Notes: generated by a model not told the origin, from the letters alone. A stretch of DNA of 64,000 nucleotides from an uncultured Bacillota bacterium (GCA_963823655.1 CAWGMK010000007.1:96001-160000), one strand, 5' to 3'; shown: positions 1 to 9,631, numbered from the stretch's first letter. Numbers and translations: made by a program.

Positions 1-62
1 GGAGCACATTTTCCTCTGTACATGCCATTAGCCATCCGTCCTCGGCAGAAAGTTGCTCCGCG

Positions 63-1520
63 CTATCCCGGCGTCCGATCTTTATCGATAAGCGAGCCCT
101 TCATCAGGCCCTTCTTCTTGAATGCGACAATTCTATCTGTACCAGCCAGCCCAGCCTCAATCGCAAGGGGGGTGAGCCTGAAGTCGGCGTTGTCCTGTCT
201 TAGAGACAGCCTGTATTCGGCCCTTGCCGTCATCATCCTGTAGGGTTCGTCGGTGCCCTTCATGACCAGATCGTCTATGAGCACGCCTATATAGGCTTGG
301 TCCCGATCCAGCTTAATAGGCTTTTTACCGAAAATGCCCAACGCCGCGTTTGCCCCTGCAATTAGCCCCTGTGCCGCCGCTTCCTCATATCCCGAAGAGC
401 CGTTCGCCTGACCGGCGGAATAAAGGCCCGGCAGGTTTCGAAACTCCAGCTTATGGTCCAATTGCGACGGATCTACGCAATCGTACTCAATGGCATAGCC
501 GTACTTTGTGATTACGGCATGCTCAAGGCCGGGGATCGTCTTTATCATCTGCTCCTGAACATCGGAGGGCAAGCTTGTGGCAAGGCCTGCAATATACATC
601 TCGTCGCCATTTCTCACTATAGGCTCAATGAAGAGCTGGTGCCTGGCCTTATCGGCAAAGCGAACGACTTTGGCTTCGATGGACGGGCAATACCGCGGGC
701 CTATCCCTTTGATCAAACCCGAGAAAATAGGCGCCCTGTCCAAATTCGAGCCGATTATATCGTGGGTTTCGGGGCTTGTATAAGTCACCCAGCAGTCTTC
801 CTGCTGCCTGGGTTGAGGCTTCCTGATATTGGAGAACCCATAAAGAAGCTCCTCGCCATTTTGCACGCCCATCTTGGAGTAATCGAGGCTATCTGATGCG
901 ACCCTCGGAGAGGTTCCGGTCTTAAACCTCATCATCTTTATGCCGGCGCCGGTAAGAGACGGGGTGAGGGAGGAGGCTGTGAATCCTTCTGGTCCACCTT
1001 CGCGCACTTTCTCGCCGATGTATATTTTACCCCCCAGATAAGTCCCGGAGGCAAGGATTACTGCTTTACAGCTGATCCGCTCACCGCCGATTACACAGCC
1101 CTTAACTTTCCCTTCCTCTATGATGAGGTCGGTTACGTCTGCTTCAACCAGCTCCAGGCCGCTTTGCCCTTTTAGGGTCTCTATCATCCTCGAAGCATAG
1201 GCCACCCTGTCGATCTGAGCCCTTATCGCCCTGACCGCGGGCCCTTTTGCAGAATTAAGCATCCTTATGTGTATGAAGGATTCGTCTGCCGCCAGGCCCA
1301 TCTCGCCGCCCAGAGCATCAATCTCCCTAACGAGTTGGGATTTGCCCGGGCCTCCGATTGAAGGGTTACAGGACATCCTGGCAATGGATTTGAAATCCAA
1401 GCTGACTCCCAGCACCTTCGCGCCGATGCGGGATGCGGCCAAGGCGGCTTCGCATCCTGCGTGTCCGAGCCCAATTACTATGATGTCGTATTGAGAGCGC
1501 AAATCCGAACCTTCCTTCAT
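63..1520 (-). CDS. mnmG: tRNA uridine-5-carboxymethylaminomethyl(34) synthesis enzyme MnmG (GidA); C-terminus probably frameshifted near nt 81-83 and continuing off the window edge
   Basis: GxGHAGCEAA FAD motif, MSCNPSIGG, RFKTGT, GPRYCPSIE, GYEEAAAQG, EPYRM.T.RAEYRL; next to mnmE. Confidence 0.95.
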   Translation of the reverse strand: MKEGSDLRSQYDIIVIGLGHAGCEAALAASRIGAKVLGVSLDFKSIARMSCNPSIGGPGKSQLVREIDALGGEMGLAADESFIHIRMLNSAKGPAVRAIRAQIDRVAYASRMIETLKGQSGLELVEADVTDLIIEEGKVKGCVIGGERISCKAVILASGTYLGGKIYIGEKVREGGPEGFTASSLTPSLTGAGIKMMRFKTGTSPRVASDSLDYSKMGVQNGEELLYGFSNIRKPQPRQQEDCWVTYTSPETHDIIGSNLDRAPIFSGLIKGIGPRYCPSIEAKVVRFADKARHQLFIEPIVRNGDEMYIAGLATSLPSDVQEQMIKTIPGLEHAVITKYGYAIEYDCVDPSQLDHKLEFRNLPGLYSAGQANGSSGYEEAAAQGLIAGANAALGIFGKKPIKLDRDQAYIGVLIDDLVMKGTDEPYRMMTARAEYRLSLRQDNADFRLTPLAIEAGLAGTDRIVAFKKKGLMKGSLIDKDRTPG

Positions 1521-2902
1521 TTGCCTATGCAGAACTTATCAAACACCATATCTATGATTTCGTCGGCGGTTGTGTCTCCCGTGAACTCGCCCAATGCGTA
1601 AAGGGCGTCCCTGAGGTCTAGGCAGACCGCCTCATGCGGCATTTCCATGTCCAAGGCCTTCCTGGCCCCTCTCAAACGCGCAAGGCAGCTTTCCAGACAA
1701 GATATCCATCTGGCGTACGGTCCTTCGCCGCCTTCGAAGTCAGTAATGTTGAGCGCTTCCATGGCGATTGCCGATCTTAGCGAATCCATGCCGTACCCGG
1801 TCTTGGCGGATATCGATACGATCCTGTGGCCGGGGGAGACGAAGCCGGGGCGGGGTAGGGGCGATGAGGCATTCAAAGTTGCTTCTTCCGCAAGGTCCGC
1901 TTTATTGAATACCACTATCACAGCTTTACCTTCGAGCTTTCCAAGCTGCTCATAATCCTCTTCAGACAATCCTTCGGGATAAGAGGCGACATATGCTATG
2001 ACCGATGAGGAGGAAGCCGCCTGCTTCATCCTGATTAGCCCCGCCGCGACTATCGGATCATCGGAGAGGCCAATTCCGGCAGTATCGGCGAATCGTATCG
2101 GAATCCCGTCGACATTAGCCGTCTCTTCTATAGTGTCCCTGGTGGTGCCTGGGATATCCGAGACTATTGCCCTGTCTATTCCAAGCAGCTTATTTAGCAG
2201 GCTTGACTTGCCCATGTTCGGGCGACCGATTATTGCGACTTTGATGCCTTCTATGAGCAGCCTTCCGCGGCTGGCATCATCTAGCATAGATTCAATCCTG
2301 GCTTCTATTGCCGAAATCTCCGCCACATCCGTCTCTGCATCCTCATCGGACATCTCTTCAGGCCAGTCCAATACGGCCTCTACCCTTACAAGAAGCTCAC
2401 TCACCATCGACTTGGCGTCTTCCGCCTGCTTCAGGGCCTTGCCAGAGAGCATAACCGATGCAGTCTGCCTTGCTTTTTCAGTCCTCGCCTTAATCATTGC
2501 CAGGACTGATTCGGCCTTCAGAAGAGACATTTTTCCGTTTAAGAATGCCCTCCTGGTGAACTCTCCCGCCCTTGCCTGCCTTGCGCCCGAACTAAAGGCG
2601 GCAGATAGAACTGCCTTTGCCGTAGCCGTGCCTCCGTGGCATTGCAGTTCAGCCACATCCTCGCCGGTGTAGCTTCTGGGCCCTCTAAAGAACAAGCATA
2701 TTGCCTCATCTATGAAATGCCCGTCTGAGGAATACACCCTTCCGAACGACAGGTCCTTTGGAGGGGATGGGAACCCTTCTCGCGCCGCCCTGAAGCATCG
2801 GGATACGATCCCTGCGGTTTCAGGGCCGGAGATCCTTATTATCGCAATTCCACCCGAGCCGGGAGGAGTCGAGATCGCGGCTATTGTGTCGTTTCTTTCC
2901 AT
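1517..2902 (-). CDS. mnmE: tRNA modification GTPase MnmE (TrmE)
   Basis: DTIAAISTP, SYTGEDV.E..CHGG, GRPNMGKSS, PGTTRD, DTAG, NKAD, C-terminal FCIGK. Confidence 0.97.
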   Translation of the reverse strand: MERNDTIAAISTPPGSGGIAIIRISGPETAGIVSRCFRAAREGFPSPPKDLSFGRVYSSDGHFIDEAICLFFRGPRSYTGEDVAELQCHGGTATAKAVLSAAFSSGARQARAGEFTRRAFLNGKMSLLKAESVLAMIKARTEKARQTASVMLSGKALKQAEDAKSMVSELLVRVEAVLDWPEEMSDEDAETDVAEISAIEARIESMLDDASRGRLLIEGIKVAIIGRPNMGKSSLLNKLLGIDRAIVSDIPGTTRDTIEETANVDGIPIRFADTAGIGLSDDPIVAAGLIRMKQAASSSSVIAYVASYPEGLSEEDYEQLGKLEGKAVIVVFNKADLAEEATLNASSPLPRPGFVSPGHRIVSISAKTGYGMDSLRSAIAMEALNITDFEGGEGPYARWISCLESCLARLRGARKALDMEMPHEAVCLDLRDALYALGEFTGDTTADEIIDMVFDKFCIGK

Positions 2903-2921
2903 GTTCCTTGCCTTCCGGTTT

Positions 2922-2947
2922 AAAAAAGCGTGCCTTCCGGCACGCTT
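2922..2947 (-). terminator. Rho-independent terminator-like hairpin downstream of jag
   Basis: AAAAAAGCGTGCC-TTCC-GGCACGCTT; U-tract reads on the minus strand. Confidence 0.55.
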
Positions 2948-2988
2948 GTATTGCCTTATTGTGATTCTACACCACAGGTCTTATCGCG

Positions 2989-3672
2989 TCATTCCGGGGA
3001 GACAACGACTTTCCTATTGGGCTCGGCGCCTTCGCTGTAGCTCGTCACGCCCTGGATTTCAAGTATGGCCATGTGGACGATGCGGCGCTCGGAGGCCGGC
3101 ATAGGCTGTAGGACCATTTCTTTCTGCTCCCTGACCGCTTTCTCCGCGACGCGAACAGCAAGGGACTTCAGCTGGTCCTCGCGCCTTTGCCTGTAGTTTT
3201 CTATATCCAGTATGTAGCGGCTCCTCTTTCCCGCTCCGCGCTGCCTGTCATGCCTCATGCCTATGATGTTCACAAGGTACTGCAACGCTTCCAGGGTCTC
3301 TCCGTGCCTTCCAATAAGGGCGGCGAGTTCAGGGCCTTTGATGTCCAGCTTAATGCCGTCCTCGGTTACGGATTCCGTGGTTTCCGACTGAAGGCCCATT
3401 TTTAAAAGCAGGGTCTCCAGGAATTCCTTCGGCGATACGGCATCCGCTCCGCCTTCGGCATCTTCCGTATCAGCCTCGAATGCAGGGTCGAATTCCTCCT
3501 CGGCCCTGGCTTTGGGAGTAACGTTCACGACCACCTTGTTCTCCCCGAGAAGTTTGATGGTGCGATGGGGCGTATCCTGTGCCACTTCGACATCTACTTC
3601 GTCGATAGTGCAGTTGAGCTGCTTTAAAGCCCTTTCAACCGCCTCTTCGACTGTCTTACCGGAATATTTCAT
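2989..3672 (-). CDS. jag: RNA-binding protein Jag/EloR/KhpB (Jag_N, KH, R3H)
   Basis: GKTVEEAV, LIGRHGETLEALQYL KH motif, PM.ASERRIVH R3H motif; follows yidC. Confidence 0.95.
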   Translation of the reverse strand: MKYSGKTVEEAVERALKQLNCTIDEVDVEVAQDTPHRTIKLLGENKVVVNVTPKARAEEEFDPAFEADTEDAEGGADAVSPKEFLETLLLKMGLQSETTESVTEDGIKLDIKGPELAALIGRHGETLEALQYLVNIIGMRHDRQRGAGKRSRYILDIENYRQRREDQLKSLAVRVAEKAVREQKEMVLQPMPASERRIVHMAILEIQGVTSYSEGAEPNRKVVVSPE

Positions 3673-3705
3673 GACATCCTCCCTTATATAGGACCCCGGG
3701 AAGAT

Positions 3706-4404
3706 CTATTTCTCGGGTTTCACGACGAACTTGATTATGAACCACTGTACTGCGTAGTTGACCACGTTGAAGGTCACCCAGTAGATTACGAGGCTCTGCG
3801 GCGAGATTATCGCGAAATACGCGAACATCAAGGGCATCATCCACTTGAACATGGCCATTGAGTTGTTCGTGCTTGAGCCCGACGGCTGGCTGGTCTGCGC
3901 GAATGTTAGATATGTAGTTACTGCCGTCAGAACAGGCATAATCATCTCTCTTAGAAGGATGAGCCATGCTCCCATGTCGGCGTAGTTGGCCGGTATCGCT
4001 ATCTGGGGGTGCTTCATGATGTCCTGTATCCACAGGAATTTCATGCTTATGCCCTCAGAGGCTAGGAGCTGCATGAATGCCGTATCGCGCATTCCGCTGT
4101 AGAACACCAGCATTATGGGCAAGGTGAGCAGGGAGGGGAGGCATCCTGCAAGCATATTGAAATTGTTCTGCTTGTAGATTTCCATGACCCTGCGGTTAAT
4201 CTCCTCGGGCTGGCCTTTGTATTTCTTCTGTACTTCCTCTACGAGAGGCTGTATTTTCTTCTGCTTCTCCATCGTGCGCATCTGTGTTACCGAAATCGGG
4301 TACAGGGCGATTTTAAGCAGAACCGTGAATATGATTATGCTCCATGCATAACTCCCCGTTAACTCGGCGAAGTAGCGCAATACCGACTGAATAATCCCTG
4401 TCAT
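3706..4404 (-). CDS. yidC: Membrane protein insertase YidC/SpoIIIJ (short form)
   Basis: SIIIFTVLLKIALYP, KKYK, AGCLP, YW motif; conserved synteny. Confidence 0.93.
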   Translation of the reverse strand: MTGIIQSVLRYFAELTGSYAWSIIIFTVLLKIALYPISVTQMRTMEKQKKIQPLVEEVQKKYKGQPEEINRRVMEIYKQNNFNMLAGCLPSLLTLPIMLVFYSGMRDTAFMQLLASEGISMKFLWIQDIMKHPQIAIPANYADMGAWLILLREMIMPVLTAVTTYLTFAQTSQPSGSSTNNSMAMFKWMMPLMFAYFAIISPQSLVIYWVTFNVVNYAVQWFIIKFVVKPEK

Positions 4405-4431
4405 CTATAATAGTCGTCCTTTCTTGGTCAG

Positions 4432-4644
4432 TCACGGGACGGGGTCATATCCGCTTTTGCCCCATGGATGACATCTTAGGATCCTCTTGATCGCCAATAA
4501 TCCGCCCTTGACTGCCCCGTAACGGAATATCGCCTCATACGCATATTCTGAGCAAGTGGGCCTGAACCTGCAAGTCGGATATCTTTTCAACGGGGATATC
4601 ACGTTCCTGTAGAATTTTATCAGCTCTAGGAGCACGGTTTTCAT
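4432..4644 (-). CDS. yidD: Membrane protein insertion efficiency factor YidD
   Basis: [24 protein letters not shown]. Confidence 0.96.
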   Translation of the reverse strand: MKTVLLELIKFYRNVISPLKRYPTCRFRPTCSEYAYEAIFRYGAVKGGLLAIKRILRCHPWGKSGYDPVP

Positions 4645-4994
4645 GATCCCGCCCTCCTTTGCGCAAGAAGCCTTTCGAGCTCCTGGGCCACTTTGTCGGT
4701 CTTCATGCCTTCTTGCAATATGGCCGACCTCGGGATTATTACCATGTCGTAACCGGAGGGGAGGGAAGAGGCATCGCGCGCAGCCGCACGAAACATCCTC
4801 TTTATCCTGTTCCTTACCACCGCGTTACCGTTCTTCTTGCTTACGATGTATCCCACCCTGGTAATACCTTCAAGGCCGGGCGCTAAGCGGATCAGCATTA
4901 GAGATCCTTTCAGCAACCGGCCTTCATGCTTTATACGTTCGAAGTCCGAGCTTCTCCTTAGCCTCTCGTACCCTGACATACATATCATCGCCAC
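4641..4994 (-). CDS. rnpA: Ribonuclease P protein component (start possibly 4979)
   Basis: RL...[26 protein letters not shown] motif. Confidence 0.95.
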   Translation of the reverse strand: MAMICMSGYERLRRSSDFERIKHEGRLLKGSLMLIRLAPGLEGITRVGYIVSKKNGNAVVRNRIKRMFRAAARDASSLPSGYDMVIIPRSAILQEGMKTDKVAQELERLLAQRRAGS

Positions 4995-5053
4995 ACCTTA
5001 TAATAAATGAAAGCCGTCGCTTCGACGGCCCGTGGCGGTTTTCCTATCCCGGA

Positions 5054-5188
5054 TTAGAGAGATAAGCGAGCGCGGCCCTTTGCGCGCCTTCTCCTTAGGA
5101 CGTTGCGTCCGCCGGGGGTGCTCATCCTGACGAGAAAGCCGTGTGTGCGGGCCTTCTTTCTTGTATTAGGCTGATATGTCCTCTTCAT
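5054..5188 (-). CDS. rpmH: 50S ribosomal protein L34 (44 aa; absent from the ORF track)
   Basis: Manual translation [44 protein letters not shown]; GGAGG RBS upstream. Confidence 0.98.
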   Translation of the reverse strand: MKRTYQPNTRKKARTHGFLVRMSTPGGRNVLRRRRAKGRARLSL

Positions 5189-5240
5189 GGCCTTTCCTCC
5201 AGTGCTTCTTCGGTCGTGTATATGATTAACAGCAAATTAG

Positions 5241-5270
5241 ATTTTACTTACATTAGGCATACATTGTCAA
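5241..5270 (-). promoter_or_regulatory. SigA-type promoter of the rpmH operon
   Basis: Minus strand TTGACA-18 bp-TAAAAT. Confidence 0.6.
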
Positions 5271-5371
5271 TGAGCTTGCCTCCTTTACTATATGGCAATC
5301 AACACAAACGCCTGTTCTGTGCACATTTCGCAAAATATCGGCTTCTGCAGCCAATCCCTGCAAAACGAGCC

Positions 5372-5776
5372 TTATTCACATATTGTTGATAATATTGTTG
5401 ATAACTGTGGACGGGCGCTGATAAAATTGGACTGGGGAGCGATTGAAGGCCCCTTATTTTTAACACCTCGTTTTACTGGTGTTTTCATGGGGTTCGAACT
5501 CGGTCTCGGGTGGCATTCCACCTAGTTTACTCGCAATTTCGAGTATTTGCCCCTCTTCACAGATGGGTGCCATCTGAAACTGCGGGCCCTGGATCTTGAT
5601 AGCGTTTCAACATCCTGTTGATAATTCTGTTGATAACCGGCCGGTTTTCGGACTTTTCGCATTAAATGAGCCATATGGCTTTTTAAGTGCTCTTTAATAT
5701 GAGAGAATACCGAGGGCGGCTTTTTGCAATAGCAAATTTGCTGCGCTATCTTTATCAACACAGCCTTTGTTGACAG
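5372..5776. other. oriC upstream part: DnaA-box cluster
   Basis: TTATTCACA 5372-5380; TGTTGATAA at 5384, 5396, 5616, 5628; TTATCAACA 5752-5760; lies where gene orientation diverges. Confidence 0.8.
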
Positions 5777-5882
5777 AGATAGGTTTGAAATCATTTCTGA
5801 TATGAGGGGTGTCTGCATAACTCGGCCTGATTAGAATATAGTTATTCAAAGTCTCGTATAAACTCTAAGAAGGGGCTGTCTC

Positions 5883-6776
5883 ATGGCAAAGAAAAGTCTT
5901 TTATATAGGATATTGTCGGGCGGCCAACCTGATGATTCTAATACCGAGCCACTGCCGAATCCGGCCCCGGTCAACGCGGAGCCCGTGAAACCGGTCAACT
6001 ATTCGGCCAGGATAGCCGTATACGATTCATTCACGGCAAGCCCTTTCATAGTTGATATGGGATCTGACGATTTTCTCAGGATTGTTGAGGAAATCTCTGC
6101 GAAAGTATATAACCTCGGCCTCGAAAGGGGCGGCAAGATACCTTATATAGTAATTAGGGAAGTTGTAGAGAACCTTGTCCATGCCGGCTTCAAAGATGTA
6201 GTCATAACTGTAGAGCCGGACGGAAATGTAATACGCATTTCAGACCACGGCCCCGGGATTACGGATAAGCAGCGGGCTTTCACGCCAGGTTTCACAACAG
6301 CTACCGCAGAGCTGAAAAGATACATCAAGGGTGTGGGTTCGGGCCTTCCTATAGTGAAGGAATCTTTGGAGTTGAGGGGCGGTTGTGTTAATCTAGAAGA
6401 TAACCTCTCTTCGGGACTGGTAATAACTCTAAGGGGCCGCCCCGAAGAAAAGCCCAGCAACAGCTCCGATTTCACCGTTTCTGGCAAGGTCGGGGACCCT
6501 CTTGAAAAGGATGAAAAGCCCGACGAAACGACGAACCATATGAACGATAAGGAGATAGGCGAGAGTCTGTCGTCAAGGCATAAGAAAGTCCTTATGCTTA
6601 TCGCGGAAACCGGCTCGGCGGGGCCCTCCGTGGTTGCAAAAGAGTTGAAGCTGAGCACCGCTACCGCCTACAGGGACCTTGAAGTCCTTGAAAAGCTCGG
6701 CCTAATAAAATCGGCCGACGGCAAAAGGGAGATAACCGCAAGGGGCAGTTCCTTCGTCGATTTCATCACCAGATAG
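5883..6776 (+). CDS. GHKL (HATPase_c-like) ATP-binding protein with C-terminal winged helix-turn-helix; function unknown
   Basis: N-box REVVENLVH, G1 DHGPGI, GFTT, GVGSGL; C-terminal PSVVAKELKLSTATAYRDLEVLEKLGLI; no H-box or TM segment seen. Confidence 0.8.
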   Translation: MAKKSLLYRILSGGQPDDSNTEPLPNPAPVNAEPVKPVNYSARIAVYDSFTASPFIVDMGSDDFLRIVEEISAKVYNLGLERGGKIPYIVIREVVENLVHAGFKDVVITVEPDGNVIRISDHGPGITDKQRAFTPGFTTATAELKRYIKGVGSGLPIVKESLELRGGCVNLEDNLSSGLVITLRGRPEEKPSNSSDFTVSGKVGDPLEKDEKPDETTNHMNDKEIGESLSSRHKKVLMLIAETGSAGPSVVAKELKLSTATAYRDLEVLEKLGLIKSADGKREITARGSSFVDFITR

Positions 6777-6812
6777 ATTGTTCTGCTTTTTAATACCGGG
6801 GAGGAAGAAGCC

Positions 6813-8222
6813 ATGTCCATCCAAGAAAGAGACCTAGCCGACATATGGGCACTTGCGCTTAAGCTAGTGCAGCCCGACATTAAGAAGCTCTCATTCGACA
6901 CCATACTGAAAAACAGCAGCCTGGAATCTTTGGACGGCAACACCGCCCTTGTTAAAGTGCAGAACGATTTCGCCAAGGATTGGCTTGCCACAAGATATAC
7001 AGACAAAATAGAAGACGCCCTTCGCGGGCTTGTCGGTACTTATTGCAAAGTAGAATATTCCGTAGTCGACCAGGCCCAATCAGCGGAAGACAAACCTTCT
7101 GCGGTTGAAAAGCCCGCCAGGCAGAAGAAGGCCCGGACCGAGTACGAGCAGGAGATCCCCGTTCAAGAGAAGGTTGCCCATAAAGAGGCGAAGGTTATGC
7201 CGGGGCGCCCTCTCCAGGAGAAATACACTTTCGACAAGTATTATGTGGGCTTATACAACGACATACCTTATAAATACATAATGCAGATGCTAAGCGGCGA
7301 AAGTAAGCTTCCCCTGATCATCTACAGCTCGGTCGGCATGGGCAAGACGCATCTTCTTCAGGCCGCCGCGCACAAAATGCTCAAGAACAATCCGGATGCC
7401 AAAGTGGCTTACCTCTCTAGCGAAGATTTCACAAACGAGCTTGTCAGCTGCCTCAACACGAAGACGATGTCGACATTCAGGGAGCAGTACAGACAGCTCG
7501 ATATGCTTTTAATCGACGATATACAGTTCTTCGAAGGAAAGAAGGTAACCCAGGACGAATTCTTCTTCACCTTCAACACAATTCTGGAGCAGGGAAAGCT
7601 TCTCATACTTTCCTCGGACAAACACCCGAGGTATCTGGAGAATTTCCAGGACAGGCTCCATTCGAGGGTGAAGGCGGCCCAGATTGCAAGCATTCAGGAG
7701 ACCACTTATGAGGATCGCGTCTCCATACTACAGAAATGGGCCGAGAACCGGAATATCACTCTGCCCACTTATGTGTATGACAAGGTGGCTTCCAGGATTA
7801 CAGAGAGCATACGAGAGCTCCAGGGCGCTTTCACAAATGTCCTGACAAGGCTGAATATGCTTGGTTGGGGCAAGGCGACGCCGGAATTGCTCGATTCTAT
7901 ACTGGACGAATACTCTCCAGGAACGAAGAAGCAGACCGTCACCGTTGCCAGGATACAGAAGGCAGTATCGGACTATTTCCAGATTAATGTGGACGATATG
8001 AACGCTTCATCTAGGGTAAAGGCTGTGTCCGAGGCCCGTCAGTATGCTATGTTCATATGCCGGGAGCTGCTGAAGATGCCTTTCGAATCCATCGGCAGGG
8101 AGTTCGGCGGAAGAGATCACGCAACCGTGCTTCATGCCTGCCGAAAAGTCAGGAAGCTAGTTGAAGAGAACCCGTCATCGAAGACTTCGCTTAAGGAAAT
8201 CGAAGACGGCCTCAAGGTTTAA
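6813..8222 (+). CDS. dnaA: Chromosomal replication initiator DnaA (divergent)
   Basis: YTFD, VGMGKTHLL, LLIDDIQF, RL.SR, IRELQGA, GGRDHATVLHA; upstream of dnaN. Confidence 0.95.
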   Translation: MSIQERDLADIWALALKLVQPDIKKLSFDTILKNSSLESLDGNTALVKVQNDFAKDWLATRYTDKIEDALRGLVGTYCKVEYSVVDQAQSAEDKPSAVEKPARQKKARTEYEQEIPVQEKVAHKEAKVMPGRPLQEKYTFDKYYVGLYNDIPYKYIMQMLSGESKLPLIIYSSVGMGKTHLLQAAAHKMLKNNPDAKVAYLSSEDFTNELVSCLNTKTMSTFREQYRQLDMLLIDDIQFFEGKKVTQDEFFFTFNTILEQGKLLILSSDKHPRYLENFQDRLHSRVKAAQIASIQETTYEDRVSILQKWAENRNITLPTYVYDKVASRITESIRELQGAFTNVLTRLNMLGWGKATPELLDSILDEYSPGTKKQTVTVARIQKAVSDYFQINVDDMNASSRVKAVSEARQYAMFICRELLKMPFESIGREFGGRDHATVLHACRKVRKLVEENPSSKTSLKEIEDGLKV

Positions 8223-8250
8223 CGACAGTATTGAAAAGTGCCTCAGCTAT

Positions 8251-8441
8251 TGTTAAAAGGATGTTGAAAACTTGACGTGATTTTCCGGGATGTTGGCTGT
8301 TGTTGAAAACAGGCTCGATAATCCAATCGGGCTAACAAGCGGTTCAACAACAAGATTAGCGCCTTTAGCTTAGCCGTCGTGGGTTAATAACAGAATCAAC
8401 AGTGCATACTACTGATACGTCTTATATTATTATCTTATATA
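8251..8441 (+). other. oriC downstream part: degenerate DnaA boxes, DnaA-trio-like tract and AT-rich unwinding element
   Basis: TGTTGAAAA at 8262 and 8301; TTAATAACA/GAATCAACA at 8384-8401, then GTGC-ATACTACTG and an AT-rich tract, resembling the Bacillus basal unwinding system between dnaA and dnaN. Confidence 0.65.
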
Positions 8442-8472
8442 GAAGAGACTATTGGCGGGGAGGTTGTTCATA

Positions 8473-9600
8473 ATGAAGGTTTCTTGCAGCAAGACTGCCC
8501 TCGTTACCGGGGTCAGGACAGTCTATAAGGCGATATCCCAGAAAGCCACCAATCTAATTCTGTCCGGCATATTAGTCGAGACCACTGCCGACGGGCTACG
8601 CCTGGTGGCGTACGACCTTGATCTGGGGATCGAGACTTTCATACCGGTTCAGGTGGAAAGGGAAGGATCCTTCGTCTTCCCCGCGAAACAATTCGCAGAT
8701 ATAACCAGCAAGCTTCCGCATTCGGAAGTTACTCTCGATTACCAGGAGAGCACAGGATCCGTGGAAGTCATTTCCGACAGGACCCACTTCTCCATAAAGA
8801 CGATGCCTGCCAAGAACTTCCCCGAACTGCCCGAGCTTATCGCGGGAAAGACCTGGTCCATGCCGGAGACCGACCTTAGGAAGATGATAAGGAAGACCGC
8901 GATTGCCACCTCCAACGATACTAACAGGTCGTATCTCATGGGAGTATCTGTGGAAGCGGACGAAAAGGGAGTGGCTATGGTCGCGACCGACTCGTTCAGG
9001 CTTGCTTACAGGAGCATCGAGGCCCAGACGGGCCTGAGCTCGAAGATAATAGCTATTGTGCCCGCGAGGATGCTCAGGGAAGTCGAAAGGAACCTCTCGG
9101 CCGACGGCACCAGGGAAGTTGAGATCTGCATCACCGAAAGGCACTCTTTCGTCAAATTCGCAAACACAAGATATATTACCCGCCTGCTGGAAGGGCAATT
9201 CCCCGACTACAGGAAGATATTCCCCGAGAATCTGTCCACTAGGATAACAACGGATACGAACAGCTTCCTTGCGGCAATAGACAGGGTTTCAGTCATGTGC
9301 AAGGACGAGTTGTCCGCAATAAAGATGTCCTATACCGGCGGAGAGATGGACAGCCCCGGCTTTCTTACCATCAAGGCTGTAACGCCGGAGTTGGGCGAGG
9401 CCGTTGAGGACATGCCGGTATCGTTGCAGGGCAATGCAGAGATGGTTGTCTCGATAAGGGCCAAGTACTTAAGAGAAGTCCTGCAAGTGCTCGAGTCCGA
9501 CGATGTGGAAATAGGTTTCAACAGCAGCCGGGCTCCTGTGTGCGTAAAAGAGACCAACAATGAGAATTACCTGTATCTGGTCATGCCGATAAACGGCTAG
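8473..9600 (+). CDS. dnaN: DNA polymerase III beta sliding clamp
   Basis: ILSGIL, YDLDLGI, VATDSFRLA, RLLEGQFPDY, YLVMP; GGGAGG RBS before ATG 8473. Confidence 0.97.
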   Translation: MKVSCSKTALVTGVRTVYKAISQKATNLILSGILVETTADGLRLVAYDLDLGIETFIPVQVEREGSFVFPAKQFADITSKLPHSEVTLDYQESTGSVEVISDRTHFSIKTMPAKNFPELPELIAGKTWSMPETDLRKMIRKTAIATSNDTNRSYLMGVSVEADEKGVAMVATDSFRLAYRSIEAQTGLSSKIIAIVPARMLREVERNLSADGTREVEICITERHSFVKFANTRYITRLLEGQFPDYRKIFPENLSTRITTDTNSFLAAIDRVSVMCKDELSAIKMSYTGGEMDSPGFLTIKAVTPELGEAVEDMPVSLQGNAEMVVSIRAKYLREVLQVLESDDVEIGFNSSRAPVCVKETNNENYLYLVMPING

Positions 9601-9631
9601 CAAGACCAGGAGACGGGAAGGGGGAGGGCGA

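Noticed and set aside
5189-5882. Short ORFs (5141-5389, 5292-5525, 5522-5818) in the origin region
   Set aside because: No convincing RBS or motifs; they overlap rpmH, promoter elements and DnaA boxes
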